Source: Malacoraja senta (Eukaryota). From it: 64,000 nucleotides of DNA. The number at the start of each line of letters is the position of its first letter. The first letter of the stretch is position 1. Positions 1 to 13,363 of the stretch are shown here, one piece after another. The notes under the pieces are model-generated. The model saw only the letters and a program-made list of their open reading frames with translations. It was not told the origin of the DNA and made no database searches. The stretch lies in contig CM075988.1 in NCBI GenBank assembly GCA_038087875.1, positions 10,790,001 to 10,854,000 on the forward strand, in the 5' to 3' direction. The position numbers were made by a program, and so were the translations under genes.

Positions 1-832
1 AAAATGTCTACACTACATTTGTAGTGAGCAAATTAAAGTGAGTCCTCAGTTGACACTGGAATTTCACAAAGACTCTGCGCTTTGGGAAACACAGTCCAGG
101 TCATCAGGCTAACATAAGTTTTTTTTGCAAAGTGGTTTGGTGCACAAACAAAACAATGTTTTAAATCATAGATTGGAAATTGAAAATTGGATTTCAAAAT
201 GGGAGTCCCAGAAAGACCGGATAGGCTAGGAAGGGTGAAAAGGATTACAACAAGTTCAAGCTGCAATATATATTGGAGATAAATTAGAGGACGATCCAGG
301 GTGTGCATGTGGAATGTCAAGATTTGTTCACACATGTGTTGCTTGCTGATAGCAAGCCGATTCTCCAGGATACCATAGACTAATGTCCCTAGATCTTGGC
401 TTGATCTAGGATGTCAGGGTGTTACATTTATTGGTGAGAATGAAATAGTTTGAGAAACAAGGATGGGTGGTCTTTCCAGGTTGTGGAAAGTGCACTCAAA
501 GTGAAGGATACAAATATATAGTAGGATTTATAGATATTTATCACTTGTAAGATGGCAAGGTTTTGACACAACGAGGAGAGACATAAACAGCGCAGAATCA
601 CTTGGGAAAAGAAGCATAAAAGGTGAGGGTTATAGGCAAGCATGATCTAATTCCCTAATACCTACCACAGTTGAAGAACTAAAAACATGAAGGTAGACTC
701 AAGGCCACAGAAAATCTACACTCTGAAGGCGGAGTGCATAGGAAGTTGGGACAAAGGTTGATGCATTAAAGGAACTGAGTAAATGAAGGAGGTTGAAAGC
801 AAAATAGATCGCGGCGCCCATCATTCATGTTA

Positions 833-1202
833 AGGGCCTGTCCCACTTTTACGAATTATTCACGAATTCTCCTGAGTTATTCATGAATTCGCCCGAGTTT
901 TCAAACTCGCAGAATGTTCATAACGAGTCCGTAGGAGTCCGTAGATATATTGTAGTGGCTCGTTATGCCAGTCGTAGGTACTCGGGGCATCAGGTAAGTC
1001 GGGACGTTTTTTCAGCATGATGAAAAATGTCCACGAGTAAAAAAATAGCCCCGAGTACCTACAGCTGGCATAACGAGCCGCTACGATATATCCACGGACT
1101 CCTACGGACTCGTTACGAACATTCTCCGAGTTTGAAAACTCGGGAGAATTTGTGAATAACTTAGAGAATTCGTGAATAACTCGGGAAAGTGGGACAGGCC
1201 CT
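833..1202. mobile_element. PIF/Harbinger-type MITE, almost fully palindromic
   Basis: Termini AGGGCCTGTCCCACTT...AAGTGGGACAGGCCCT, TTA on both flanks (3-bp TWA TSD), ~150-bp imperfect inverted arms, no credible ORF. Confidence 0.85.
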
Positions 1203-2344
1203 TTACTCCACACATACATCAGATCATAACTGTTTATGTAACTTCAGATTGAGAAAGTTTATGAACAAATCTTATTGTTTTGACTCAAAACCTTGGTGAA
1301 GGAAGATCAAACCCTCAGCAATTGACAATGCGGCCTTTATATGCTGTAGCCTCAAGTAGCAAGACTACAGATGGAGTGTTCAGTGGAGTTAGATGCAGAT
1401 AGATGATTCAAAAGAGCACATAATGGACGGGTCCATAGCAAATGTTTAAAAGGAGAGAAGCACTGTTGAGGAATTGCAAAAGAAGACGGAGAGACAGAAT
1501 GGAAGGCAGTGCAAAATCAATGGCAGGATAATGCAGACTTCGTTGAGTTCAGAGTAGTGAAATGCATGATATAACTGGAGCTGTTGTAAATATTAATCAG
1601 GTATTATCTCAAGATTTATGTAGACTGTTTGGGATGTACGCAAGTAATTCCAAGAAGGTAATGATCCAGATTGTATAATCGTAATTCTTCAAAGTTATGA
1701 AAGCAATTTTGTTAATGCAAAAAGGCAACAATTCTCTTGAATCATTAATGCATGAAGTCGACACTTCGGAGATGTTGAGTACAGCTTGCATTAATAGTTC
1801 AGTGCACAAGGAGACGAAGGGATTGAGTGCATTCATGCTTGTTTGAAATTATAACTCTATTTTAAAAAAATATTTAACTAATTACAATATTTCATAAACA
1901 TGTGTAGTTTGTGCAGGATACTGTTAAAAATTGTTTGCTATCATGTGGTGTGACTCTGATACATTGTGCGAGATACTGCCATTTAGTTAAGAGTTACTGT
2001 CTTCAATAACGGTTGGTCAGTTTGTAGTGTCATTGCCGTATATTTGTTTATATAATCAGAAATACAAAGGGAACAATATAAATACAGGTGGAGATTGAGT
2101 ATGTGGAAATGGGACAAAGACGCAAGAAGTTAGTTGACATGTATAAGATGAACTCAGACCAGGCTTAAGAGGAGATGGAAGCGAGAAAAATATGTTACTT
2201 ACACCAAGGGCAGAAATGCCTAGAGTTGATGTCCAAACATGTGGCTTATCTGTAGACCCAATGAACTGCAGTAGCTGGTTTACAACAAAAACAGACGTTG
2301 GCAGCTCCAAAACAACATATGGATTATCTATATCTGTGCTATCT

Positions 2345-2665
2345 GTGTTTCCACCAGTGGGAGAGTCTAGGACCAGAGGCCAGAGCCTCAGAATGAAAGA
2401 ACGTAGCTTTACAAAGGAGATGAGGAGGAAGTTATTTGGTCAGAGGATGGTAAATCTGTTGAATTAATTGCCACAGTGGGCTGTGGAGGCCTGGTCAATG
2501 GATATTTTAAGGCAGAGATTGACAGATTCTTGATTAGTAAGAGTGCCTGCGATTATGGGGAGAAGGCCAGAGAATGGGGTTGAATGGGAAAGATAGATCA
2601 GCCAAGATTGAATAATGGAGTAGATGGGCCGAATGGCCTAATTCTTCTCCTATAACTTACGAACT
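2345..2665 (+). mobile_element. CR1/HER1 LINE 3' fragment
   Basis: GESRTRGQSLRMK...FGQRMVNLLN resembles the CR1 ORF2 C-terminus, followed by the GATGGGCCGAATGGCC 3' UTR seen repeatedly in the window. Confidence 0.8.
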
Positions 2666-2997
2666 ACTTGGTCTTAGACGACCAAATATGGAGGCTTTGC
2701 CACGAAATTGACAAAGATTTGCTGAATCTTATTATACTCATCCAGAGTTAAACATGCAAAGCAGGTTAAACCTAAGCCTAGAATTAGAAACAAGAAACTG
2801 CAGATCTTGGTTTACAAAGAAGGACACAAAGTGCTCAAGTAACTTGGCAGATCATACAACATCCCTGGAGAACATGGGTAGATGATGATGGGTCGGGACC
2901 CTTTTTCATACTGAGTTTAACCTAAGGAATGCTTGAGAAATGGCAGTCAACACAATCCATTACTATCTTCTGCTGAACAGAGACATAGGTGAAATGT

Positions 2998-3230
2998 TTT
3001 GGAAAGAACTGCAGATGCTAGTTTACAGTGAAGATAGGCACAGAATGCTGGAGTAACTGGGTCAGGCCGCATCTCTGGAGAAAAGGAATAGGTGAAGTTT
3101 CATATCGAGACCCTTCTTCAGACTGAGAGTCAGGGCAGAGGGAAACTCGAGGTATGAAAAGGTACAAAGAACAAATGAATGAAAGGTATGAAATGAACAA
3201 ATAAATGACAGCAACAATGATCAAAGAAAG
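2998..3230 (-). repeat. Penelope-like element terminal (pLTR) fragment
   Basis: Same GCTGGAGTAACT...GCATCTCTGGAG...GACCCTTCTTCAGACTGA block that terminates the Penelope element at 54771-55850. Confidence 0.6.
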
Positions 3231-3317
3231 CTGAAGAGTTAGAGACAGGATTGAGGTTGTTTTAATCTCAGCTCAGTCCAAACTAGAGATCTTTTGGGGG
3301 TTCTGAACACTTGAACC

Positions 3318-5560
3318 GGGTGGCGCCGTCAGTGATGGCAGCCTCGTCAATGGTCTGTCTGTCTTTTCGTCCTTTTTGTTATTTTTAGTGTGTTTTAAAA
3401 GTTTGTGTTAATGTTCTCTGGTTTCTTTTATGTGTGGGAGGGGGAAGGAGGAAACTTTTTTTTCAATCTCTTATCTTGCCGGAGATGCGATTATATTCCA
3501 GATCGTATCTCTGGTCGCTCTGCAGCCTAACATCATGGAGCTGGTGGTCTTGCTCGGGACTGAGTTTGAGCCCCATCGCGGGGCCGTGGTCTTACCATCG
3601 GAGCCGATCCCTTGCCTGGGATCGACGCTCCAACCACGGCCTGCGGACTTCACCATCAAGGAGTTCATAGTCTCGGGAAGAGACCGATGTCGGGAAGCTC
3701 CAAAGTCGCAGAAGGTTTGACCAGCCCCGACCCGGGATCCAATCGCCTGGCGCGGGGAGCTGACAACCCCTCCATGCAGGAGCTTGATCGCCCTGACACG
3801 GAGGGCCCGACCGCTGGATACGGGAGCCAAGATCGTCCTGTCAATGGAAGGCTCGACTGCGGGAGAAAAAGAAGGGAAGATATTGAACATATTTTTCGTC
3901 TTCCATCATAGAAACAAAGAAACATAGAAAATAGGTGCAGGAGGAGGCCATTCGGCCCTTCGAGCCAGCACTGCCATTCATTGTGATCATGGCTGATCGT
4001 CCCCAATCAATAACCCGTGCCTGCCTTCTCCCCATATCCCTTGATTCCACTATCCCCTAGAGCTCTATCTAACTCTCTCTTAAATCCTTCCAGTGACTTG
4101 GCCTCCACTGCCCTCTGTGGCAGTGAATTCCACAAATTCACAACTCTCTGGGTGAAAACGTTTTTTCTCACCTCAGTCTTAAATGGCTTCCCATTTATTC
4201 TAAGACTGTGGCCCCTGGTTCTGGACTCGCCCAACATTGGGAACATTTTTCCTGCATCTAGCTTGTCCAGTCCTTTTGTAATTTTATATGTTTCTATATG
4301 ATCCCCCTCATCCTTCTAAACTCCAGTGAATACAAGCCTAGTCTTTTCAATCTTTCCTCATATGACAGTCCCGCCAACCGATGTGAACCTACGCTGCACT
4401 GCCTCAATCACAAGGATGTCCTTCCTCAAATTAGGAGACCAAAACTGGACACAATACTCCAGATGTGGTCTCACCAGAGCCCTATACAGCTGCAGAAGAA
4501 GCTCTTTACTCCTATACTGAAATCCTCTTGTTATGAAGGCCAACATTCCATTAGATTTCTTCACTGCCTGCTGTAACTGCACGCCAGCCTTCAGTGACTG
4601 GTGTACAAGGACGCCCAGGTCTCGCTGCACCTCCCCCTTGCCTTACCTAACCCCATTGAGATAATAATCTGCCCCCTTGTTTTGGCCGCCAAAGTGGATA
4701 ACCTCACATTTATCTATATTAAACTGCATCTGCCACACATCTGCCCACTCACTCAACCTGTCCAGGTCACCCTGCAACCTCCTAACATCCTCTTCACAGT
4801 TCACACTGCCACCCAGCTTTGTGTCATCCACAAACTTGCTAGTGTTGCTCCTAATTCCCTCTTCCAAATCATTAATATATATGGTAAACAGTTGTGACCC
4901 CAACACCGAGCCTTGCGGCACTCCACTCGCCACTGCCTGCCATTCTGAAAAGGACCCATTCACTCCTACTCTTTCCTTCCTGTCTGCCAACCAATTTTTT
5001 ATCCATGTCAACATCCTACCCCCAATGCCATGTGCTCTAATTTTAGTCACCAGTCTCCCATGCGGGACCTTATCAAAGGCTTTCTGAAAGTCTTGATACA
5101 CTACATCCACTGGCACCCCTTTATCCATTTTACTTGCCACATCCTCAAAATATTCCAGAAGATTAGTCAAACATGATTTCCCTTTCATAAATCCATGTTG
5201 ACTTGGACTAATCCTTTTACTGCTATCCAAATGCCCCATTATTACCTCTTTAATAATTGACTCCAGCATCTTTCCCACCACCGGTCAGGCTAACTGGTCT
5301 GTAATTTCCCGTTTTACTCTCTCGCTCCTTTCTTAAAAAGTGGGATAACGTTAGATATCCTCCAATCCACAGGAACTGATCCTGATTCGACCGAACATTC
5401 ACAGCCAGGAATGTGGAGGAGTCACTGTGGTGGATGTTTATGTTAAAATGTATTTTGTGTGTCTTGTTGCTTTTTATTGGTATGACTGCATGGCAAATCA
5501 AATTCCTCGTATGTTGCAAAATATACTTGGCTAATAAAGTATGAATATGATTGTGATTCA
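3318..5560 (+). mobile_element. Non-LTR-type repeat (3318-3905 and 5400-5560) split by a CR1 insertion
   Basis: GC-rich body resumes after the CR1 (...TTCCATC | ACAGCCAGGAATG...) and ends AATAAAGTATGAATATGATTGTGATT, a LINE-like tail. Family unassigned. Confidence 0.5.
3906..5399 (-). mobile_element. CR1/HER1 LINE, 5'-truncated, decayed ORF2
   Basis: ORFs 4643-5281 ([40 protein letters not shown]), 4358-4630 (RPHLEYCVQFWSP) and 4007-4246; (ATAGAAAC)n tail at ~3908-3930. Confidence 0.92.
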
Positions 5561-7484
5561 AGTTCAGAAGTGAAGGTTTGGTTGAGTAGATTGCTGACAG
5601 AAATAATGGTTCATCTGTCTGATTTGAAGCACCTTGTAAATAAGTACCTCGGGAACATAAATTCCCAGCATAAAGACCAAAGTAAGTGAGGTTAGAGAAG
5701 ATTTTAGGAAGGAATGATAAAACGCAGTAACTTTCTCAAGCATTCTATAGAGATGGGCTCCTACTGTACCAGTGCTCGCAGCCAATCAAATTCATACAAT
5801 TTGTACTGATTTCCTATCTGCTTAATGGTACCCGATTGAAATGACAGCTGTTTATTTGAGACTTAGATGTTTGCTTCATGAAAGTAGTAATTGACAGTAA
5901 AATGGCCATAAAACTAGGCCACTGCTCCCCTAGGATTGAGCACAGTTTTAGCAAGGGTTTTAGTACTCTCAAGTGATCTTGTTTAAAGATATGTCTTAGC
6001 TTTATTTGAACAATTCACTGAAATCTGGCACAATTCTCAGTTTGTCTAGATGGCATTGAAATGAGTGCTTAATTCACCCATTTGGACTTGGGCCCACAGA
6101 AGATCGTTAATTGGCTTTGGCCATTAGATTTTACAGTATATTTTTAGTTAGCTTTCCGTGTATCCCTGAAACTTTCCCTACTCATTTACATATCCTAATG
6201 TGTTTTTTTTCATGTGAATCTGTAGCCAGTTAAATATTGTCATAATTTGGCAAATAGATTAGTGAAATTGGGGTGTTATGAGCATTTACTGAAAGTAAAA
6301 AGGCTCACAAAAGCAGTGCTAATGGGGGGAAAAAACACCTAACAATAAGACCACAGGAGGATATGAGCATCTTTAAACAGTAAATCTCCCTGGTTAGTTA
6401 CTCAGTTAGTGATGCATTTGACATTTGGTCTAAATCCAGGACAAGTCAAAAGATATGTTATGGGAATCAACATTAGATTGTGCATTTCTCTCCACTCCAC
6501 TATCTGAAACTGTCACTGAAATGCTTTCAAGAGAGAGCTAGACATATGGGATATGGGATATGGGGAGAAGGCAGGAACACGGTACTGATTGTAGATGATC
6601 AGCCATGATCATGTTGAATGGTGGTGCTGGCTCAAGGGGCCGAATGTCCTACTCCTGTACCTATTGTCTATTGTCTATTGAAAATGGCAAACAATTTTAT
6701 TGAAATTTTCTCCTCGCCTGACAAGGAGGCCATTTGGTCCATCAAGTCTATGTTGACTTTCAGAGAAATCCTATCCCCTCTCCTGTCAGGATCTCCCAGT
6801 AATCTATTCACTCACATATACCCATTAACACGCTCAACCCTCCCATCTGCCATCTACACAGCAGCCAATTAACCTAACAACTAGCATGTCTTTGGGATTT
6901 GTGAGAAAACCCAGACAATTACAGAAGGAACATAGAATTTCCACACGGATAAAATTGGGAAGTCAGTATCACACTTGTATTATTGGAATGGAGAGGTAGC
7001 AGCACTACCTGCAGCATCATTCAGCTGATCATATCTACACCAATGTAGAGCCATTCATTTTTATACGTATCAACATGCACAACTTAAGTGACACTGCCAA
7101 TGACAGTTAGGATATTTTATAAACCTTGAATATTTATGGAAGGCATCAGATCACTCATTAACCTTTCATTTAGGCTCTTCATCAAGAAGCGGTGTGGGTT
7201 TACCATTCAATTTAAGTGTAAATAATGTCAAGTTATGGATCAGCAAGCTGACCCACATCCCGAGGATAGGATTATATTAGCATTTATATTACCAATTTGC
7301 TATTAGGATCCATTGAAGCAACTGAGCATATGAATAACCTTCTGTTTATTCAGTGAAGAATTACATTTTTTTTTACTAACTTCAGACCGAAAAGTATTTT
7401 TACATAGGTGAATACATGGGTTTGAGGACAGGTGGGTGCTGACATCCAGTAAACAAGTGAGCATGTCCAGTTAACTAGCTTTAA

Positions 7485-7705
7485 TTTAGTTCAGTTTAGA
7501 GATACAATATGGACACAGACCCTTCGGATTGCCGAGTCAACACCGCCCATCGATCTGTTCACACTAGTTCACACTAGTTCTACGTTATCCCACTTTCCCC
7601 TCCACACCCTAAACTGGGGGCAATTTACTGACGCCAATTAACCTACAAACCCGTACATCTTTGGGATATGCGAGGAAACTCGAGCATCTAGAAGAAACCC
7701 CATGG
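7485..7705 (-). mobile_element. HE1-type V-SINE, 3' part
   Basis: Reverse complement of the SINE body at 25488-25797, with (TTTAG)n tail. Confidence 0.7.
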
Positions 7706-9384
7706 TCATTTGGTCTTTTGGTTTTCCTTTATTTCCCAGCACTTCAGGCTGCATATACTGGGAGATGTGGATTGCCATAGTTAATACATTGGTGGCCAAT
7801 TTGTGCGGTGTTGCATGAGCATTGCCTTTTAACAATGTTTCTATGTGTTTTCTGGGCTGTCTGGAACTTGCTGGTGAAAGCATATGAGGAGGCAGCAGGA
7901 ACTGAAAGGCCTGAAGCCAAGAGAGGGCAATTTGCCAACAACTCAAAGCTCATCACTGCCTTCTAATGTACTTGTCTGAAAGGGTTTGCTCATGGTACTT
8001 CTGCAGAAAGGTTGCTTTACACATTTTGGAATCTTATCTACACTTTGCAGATGTGACGGTCTGATCCAAAAAGCCTGGCTTAAGCCGTATAATGTTGGAA
8101 CTGTTGAATAACAGCAGAGTGTAACAAGACATCATCTGGCCCAGCATCGTTGAGGTTCATCTGCTGTCTGACGAACAGTGTTTTGTTTGCATCAGCCTTT
8201 ATGATTTATTTCCATAATCCCTTTCCTTTTTCAATATTTGTTATTGCCATTATTATAGTGATGCTTACGGCATTCCTCCCGCGTGTTTTTTTTGGTTGAC
8301 TTTCACCACTTGTCTTGATGGCTCTGGAGAGGTTCCAAGAGCCAAGCACATCTATCAAATGTAGCACCAGTCATCATTAGGATGTTTGGATTGTGTGCCA
8401 TTTCATCGTGAGTGATTTGCAATTTCGAAAACATGAAGAATCAAAATCAAATTGATAAATGATTGGCACGTTAAAATGTGACTGAGATAAAAGTACGTAT
8501 GTTAAGGCAGTTCAGTTTCAGTTTAGTTTATTGTCACATGTACCAAAGTACAGTGAAAAGCTTTTGTTGCATGTTATCCAATCAGCAGAAATGATTACAC
8601 TCGAGCCATTTACAGTGTATAAATATATGATAAGGGAATAACGTTTAGAGCAAGGTAAAGTCCGATCAAGGATAGTCCAAGGGTCACCGAAGAGGTCATA
8701 TAGTATTTCAACACTGCTTTCTGGTTATGGTAGGATGATTCAGTTGCAAAAGAGAGGAAAGAAAGATTTGGTCATTCGTTGAATCGGAAAGTCTCATTGA
8801 AGGATTTTTTAAAATTGCAAACCAGCAAAAATTTTCATGCAGCAATAAGGAAACACTGCACTGTTTTAGCATTTTCTTATAGCAGAGAAGATAAACTAAG
8901 TGTTCATCAGCATTTTATGTTGCCTTGGGCAACATTAATTCCACCGTATATTTATTTCTATATGTAAGATTTTGCTAAGCAAAGATTTATCCTCTGTCAT
9001 TAGAAGACTATCCTCTTTATTAATGTATTTCATCGGCCAAGAGGCACTTTGAATTACTCTACAGTTGTAAAGGTCCCTATGCAAATTGAAATTACTTTAG
9101 TCTTTCAGAATTTTGGAAATGTTAAAATATATAGAAACATTTACAACCCTTTTAAAAGGTGAAAGGTTTTTGCCATTATTTGTTATTGCTCAGGTTTAGG
9201 TACCCGCTTCATCCTTTTTACATTAAAACTCTATCATAAAAGCTAACCACTTGAGCATTCCTGCCAGTTTTCCAGCATTGATTGTGTGTTGTGGTTGTCT
9301 CCTACTCTACACGGGGATTGTGCTTGGATGCCTGAATTAAAATGAGCACTGGCTCAGGATAACCCTGGGTACTAAATATATAGA

Positions 9385-9740
9385 GTGGATGTGGAGAGGA
9401 GGTTCCACTCTATATATTTGGGAGAGTCTCAGGCTGGAGGTCATAGCCTCAGAATTAAAGGACGTCTCTTTAGGAAGGAGATGAGGAGGAATTTCTTTAG
9501 TCAGAGGGTGGTGAATCTGTGGAATTATTTGCCACCGAAGGCTGTGGAGGCCAAGTCAATGGATATTTTTAAGGCAGAGTTTGATAGATACTTGATTAGT
9601 ACGGGTGTCAGGCATCATGGGGAGAAGGCAGGAGAATGGGGTTAGGAGGGAGAGATAGATCAGCCATGATTGAATGGTGGAGAAGACTTGATGGGCCGAA
9701 TGGTCTAATTCTTCTCCTATCACTTATGACCTTGTGAACT
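9385..9740 (+). mobile_element. CR1/HER1 LINE 3' fragment
   Basis: GHSLRIKGR...FFSQRVVNLWN motif plus conserved 3' UTR. Confidence 0.85.
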
Positions 9741-10157
9741 AAATGAAGTCGAGAGCAGCCAGATCAAGCAGATTTGCTTTTTAGTGTTGTTTGTGAATCA
9801 GAAAAACCAACAGTATATCTCCCAGACTCTTAATCAAAACATACGCTGTTTGATTACATTAGTTAGTCATTTACATGCATGAGTAATATGTATTGTCTAT
9901 GGAACTGATGCACTACAATGCTGAGAACTATGTTCTGTACTCTGTACCTTCTCCTTTGCCCTACCTGTTGTACTTGAGTTTGAACACGAGACAATTATAA
10001 GCTTAGATCTAAATGTACGTATCTATAATTACATATGTTAGTCCAGGCTTTCCTTTCATCATTCCCATCTCTGTTTGCCCATCTATCTCATGTAGCACCA
10101 GCCATCCAGTGCTTGGAACAATAAAGACCTGCAGAAAATAATTGCGGAGTTTCTACA

Positions 10158-10355
10158 TTCACGTGGGCTTTCTTTGGGTGCTCTGGATTCCACCCACATT
10201 CCAACCACGTGCGGGTTTGTAGGTTAATTGGCTTCTGTAAATTCCCCCAGTGTGCAGGATGTGAAAGTGGGATAACATAGAACTAGTATATGGGTGGTGA
10301 TTCGGTGGGCCAAAGGGCCTGTTTCCGGGCTGTACCTCTAAACTAAAACCAAACA
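10158..10355 (-). mobile_element. HE1-type V-SINE 3' fragment (SINE sense is on the + strand; ORF call on - is spurious)
   Basis: GTAGGTTAATTGGCTTCTGTAAATT...GGGCCAAAGGGCCTGTTTCC...CTAAACTAAA matches the other SINE copies. Confidence 0.6.
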
Positions 10356-10477
10356 TACATTTGGTTCACTGATCAAAAGAAAAATCTACCATAAACGTTG
10401 GCTTAAGTTTTGTGAATTTTTAAAAATTCTATTCATTTCCAATTGAATTGAATACAAACTTGTTCATATATTTTGTG

Positions 10478-10667
10478 TGGGAAGGAACTGCATATGCGTG
10501 TTTAACCTGAAGATAGACACATAATGCTGAAGTAACTTAGCGGGACAGGCAGCATCTCTGGAGAGAAGGAATGGAACACTCTGGTCTCAACCCGAAACAT
10601 CACCCATCCCTTGTCTCCAGAGATGCTGCCTGTCCTACTGAGTTACTCCAGCATTTTATGTCTATAT
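10478..10667. repeat. Fold-back Penelope pLTR-derived repeat
   Basis: GACACATAATGCTGAAGTAACTTAGCGGGACAGGCAGCATCTCTGGAG followed by its reverse complement. Confidence 0.65.
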
Positions 10668-12084
10668 TCATAACTTCTCCCTTTTATGATGGCACGCACT
10701 TAACTTGAGTAGAAGAGTCAGGATGTCATGATGCAGCTTTTATAGGACTTTGGCCAGGCCACGTATGGAGTATTTTTTTAAATCTCTGGAGCATGTCTTC
10801 ATCCAGTTCAAACCACAGAATATAATGACGTTTCTCCATTTATGTTGAAAGGCCCTATACGGAAATCTCTCAAGCAACTCTAATCGCCAGTGACTATAAA
10901 CTGTAAAACGTTGAAAGTGCCAATAATTTGCATGAGAAAAATATGTTAACTCATGTAGAAAGTATTTAACAACAAAATGCCATTTGCCTATGATTTGCAG
11001 GGAATAAATATTTTGTTTTCGGTGATGTTGCTTGAGGTAGGAATATCGATCAAACAGGAGCGGCCCAGTGGCGCAGGGTTAGTTGCTGCCTTAAAGCCCT
11101 GTCTCACGGTGCGAGTTGACCCACGAGTGACCCCGAGTGAAAGACTCGTGGTTGCGTACAAGACCCCAAGTTTATGATCAAGAGTTTAACCGAGTTCCCA
11201 CGGGTATGTCTAAGTTTGCCGTTTACTTCTCATTTCTGCGATGTTCCAAGTTCCTCTCCCGAGTTACCAAGTTCCTCTCGCGAGTTACTCTTGAGCCAAC
11301 CGTGAATGAAGGCCTGTTTTAAGTATCAAATAGAGGAGCTGGACAGCATCTCATACAGTAAGTATATTCTGATTCAGTATTGAAAGTTATTCAATTTCAG
11401 AACTTAAAAAAACTAGGCAGGATCTCCGCCCCGCACTCGCTGCTGTTGTGCAGCAAGGAGGCGGTGGTGGTGAAGCAAGTGTTAAAGAAGACAGCTCCAT
11501 CCTGCGGCTTTTTAAAGGTAGAATTCAGCGCGGCCGCATTTATTGATATGACCTACAAAGGGAAAATGCGCACCGTCCAGTGCCAGAGCTAGGCTGGGAT
11601 CATTCTCTGCTCTCATCTCTCTCTTTCTGTGTGTGCATTTGCAGGGGCACAAGACCTCTGCCGCCTGCCCCTTGCAGCCATCAACTTGTTTGTTCCTTTG
11701 GTGTGCCTCATCTGTCCTGCTCCCATCCCAGCCCTGCCCCAGCTCTCTGCCCCATTCTCTTGGAAATGTCGCTTCCGCAGCTGTAACAAGGAGGGGTCCG
11801 GCTGGCTGGCTTGGTGGGTGGGTGGGTGGGTGGGCAGGGAGGGGGAGTGGGTACAAACCACCGAATCCATTCTCAAAAGTCGGGCAGAGCCATGTAGAAC
11901 TCACGTTTCTCTCTGCGTCATATACGTGGGAATTCCCTCAGTATGGTCACTCAGCGGGCAGGCAGCATCTCTGGAGAGAAGGAATGGGTGACGGGATGAC
12001 GTTTAATATTTAAATCATGGGCAAACCATCTTGCCCCAGGCTGCTTTATATTAATTATTGTGTTGAGTTGTTTGTGAGGCTGGG

Positions 12085-12330
12085 ACATCTCTGAGGGTCG
12101 CCACCTTGTAGTGGAGACATATGCGTGTGCCTTGATCCTGTAAGCTGGCCTCATGGCAGGAAGGTCGAGGGGGAGGTCCCTGACAAAGGGCGTTCCAAGA
12201 AGATGACCTCAGTGGAACAGGCCGAGGATGGTGTTTGACCGGCGGCTGAGAAGGTGGAAGAAGGCTGCAGCAGGGAGAGACTCCCAACCATGGTGGAGCC
12301 CATATCATTGGACCCGGGACTGTCAGTGAA
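12085..12330 (+). mobile_element. RTE-type LINE 5' UTR-like fragment inside the cargo
   Basis: CGCCACCTTGTAGTGG...GGAGGTCCCTGACAAAG resembles the 5' end of RTE-clade elements (recognition only). Confidence 0.4.
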
Positions 12331-12746
12331 TGTTGTCAGGTTAAAGAGGGCGGACTTGTCTGTTCTGAGCAGTCCCTGGGCTTCAGTCAAGGGTCAGTGT
12401 GTGGGGCAGTGCCCTGGAGTATACATCCTGCTGATCCCTGTAGACATCCACCAAGGTTCCCCGCTCCCCGTCCCTCTCTCAATGTGTGACGGAGAATGGC
12501 CGAGACTCTAGTGTACTGAGTTTGAAGCCATTTTACCCTGTCAATGAGGGTGATGAGAAACAGGAAGGACAGTGAGTTGTCCCTTACCCCGACGTAAACA
12601 GACCTTTATTCTGGAATCGACACCACTACTTCTGCTGATCTGGTTTAGAGAGGAAAGATCACAAAGCAAGGTCATATTCAACAAGTGCAGTTTGAGGACA
12701 TTGGATTTTCCTCTCCACATTTTATTGGTTTTTGTAGCCAGAAAAG

Positions 12747-13363
12747 TCAAAACATGCAATCATTATTTTCTTTAATTCTTACGTACCCTCGTGATGTAAA
12801 CATTGTTAATCTCCAGTCAATTATATTCCCTCCTTTACTGAAACAACCCTGACTGATCATCTCTATGTCATTGGGTTGGAGAACATGATCCCACAGGTGA
12901 ACATCAGTTATCTCTCCGAAAAACGACTGACTGGCGTCAAAACCTCCACCGACTGAGTCTTGTTCCTGACCTAGAATAAACTGACCAGACCCTTTCACAA
13001 CCTGACCCTTATCACCAACCTTCCGTACACTGCGTCTCCCATTGACCCAGACTGTTATCTCACCCCCTTGAGACTCCCAGGTCACACAGATGTGTCTCAG
13101 TAAAGAATTCATGTCTGGGATTTAAAACTCTGTTACAAAATTTCCTAAATACAGCCAGAGTTGTGTTTTAGATTCTTCCCAAATCAGCAGTTCGTTGTCG
13201 GAAAAGCTCGTTGCGTAGGAGAGCAAACTGTAAGAGTTAGTCGCTTCAGAGGCTGCCCTGAAACAGACAGTAAAGGCGGTCAAACTGGTGAAGTCAGGCG
13301 CATGCAACCTGACGAAGCTGTTGGGTGTTTTGCTTGAAAATATCACTGATTTCGCATCCAATC
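12747..13363 (-). pseudogene. Short pentraxin (C-reactive protein / serum amyloid P-like) main exon with one nonsense codon
   Basis: ORFs 13122-13391 and 12747-13112 are in the same frame, separated only by TAA at 13122-13124; FTVCF, SDNELL, pentraxin signature HICVTWES, Ca-binding loop GQEQDSVGGGFDASQSF, GNIIDW; splice acceptor TTTTACAG|GA at 13364/13363; AATAAA at 12721-12726 (- strand). No signal-peptide exon seen. Confidence 0.93.

Noticed and set aside
3430..4050. Cluster of overlapping ORFs on both strands
   Set aside because: GC-rich repeat body; no recognisable protein.
7834..7966. Short plus-strand ORF MFLCVFWAVWNLLVKAYEE...
   Set aside because: Under 50 aa, no homology recognised, no splice support.
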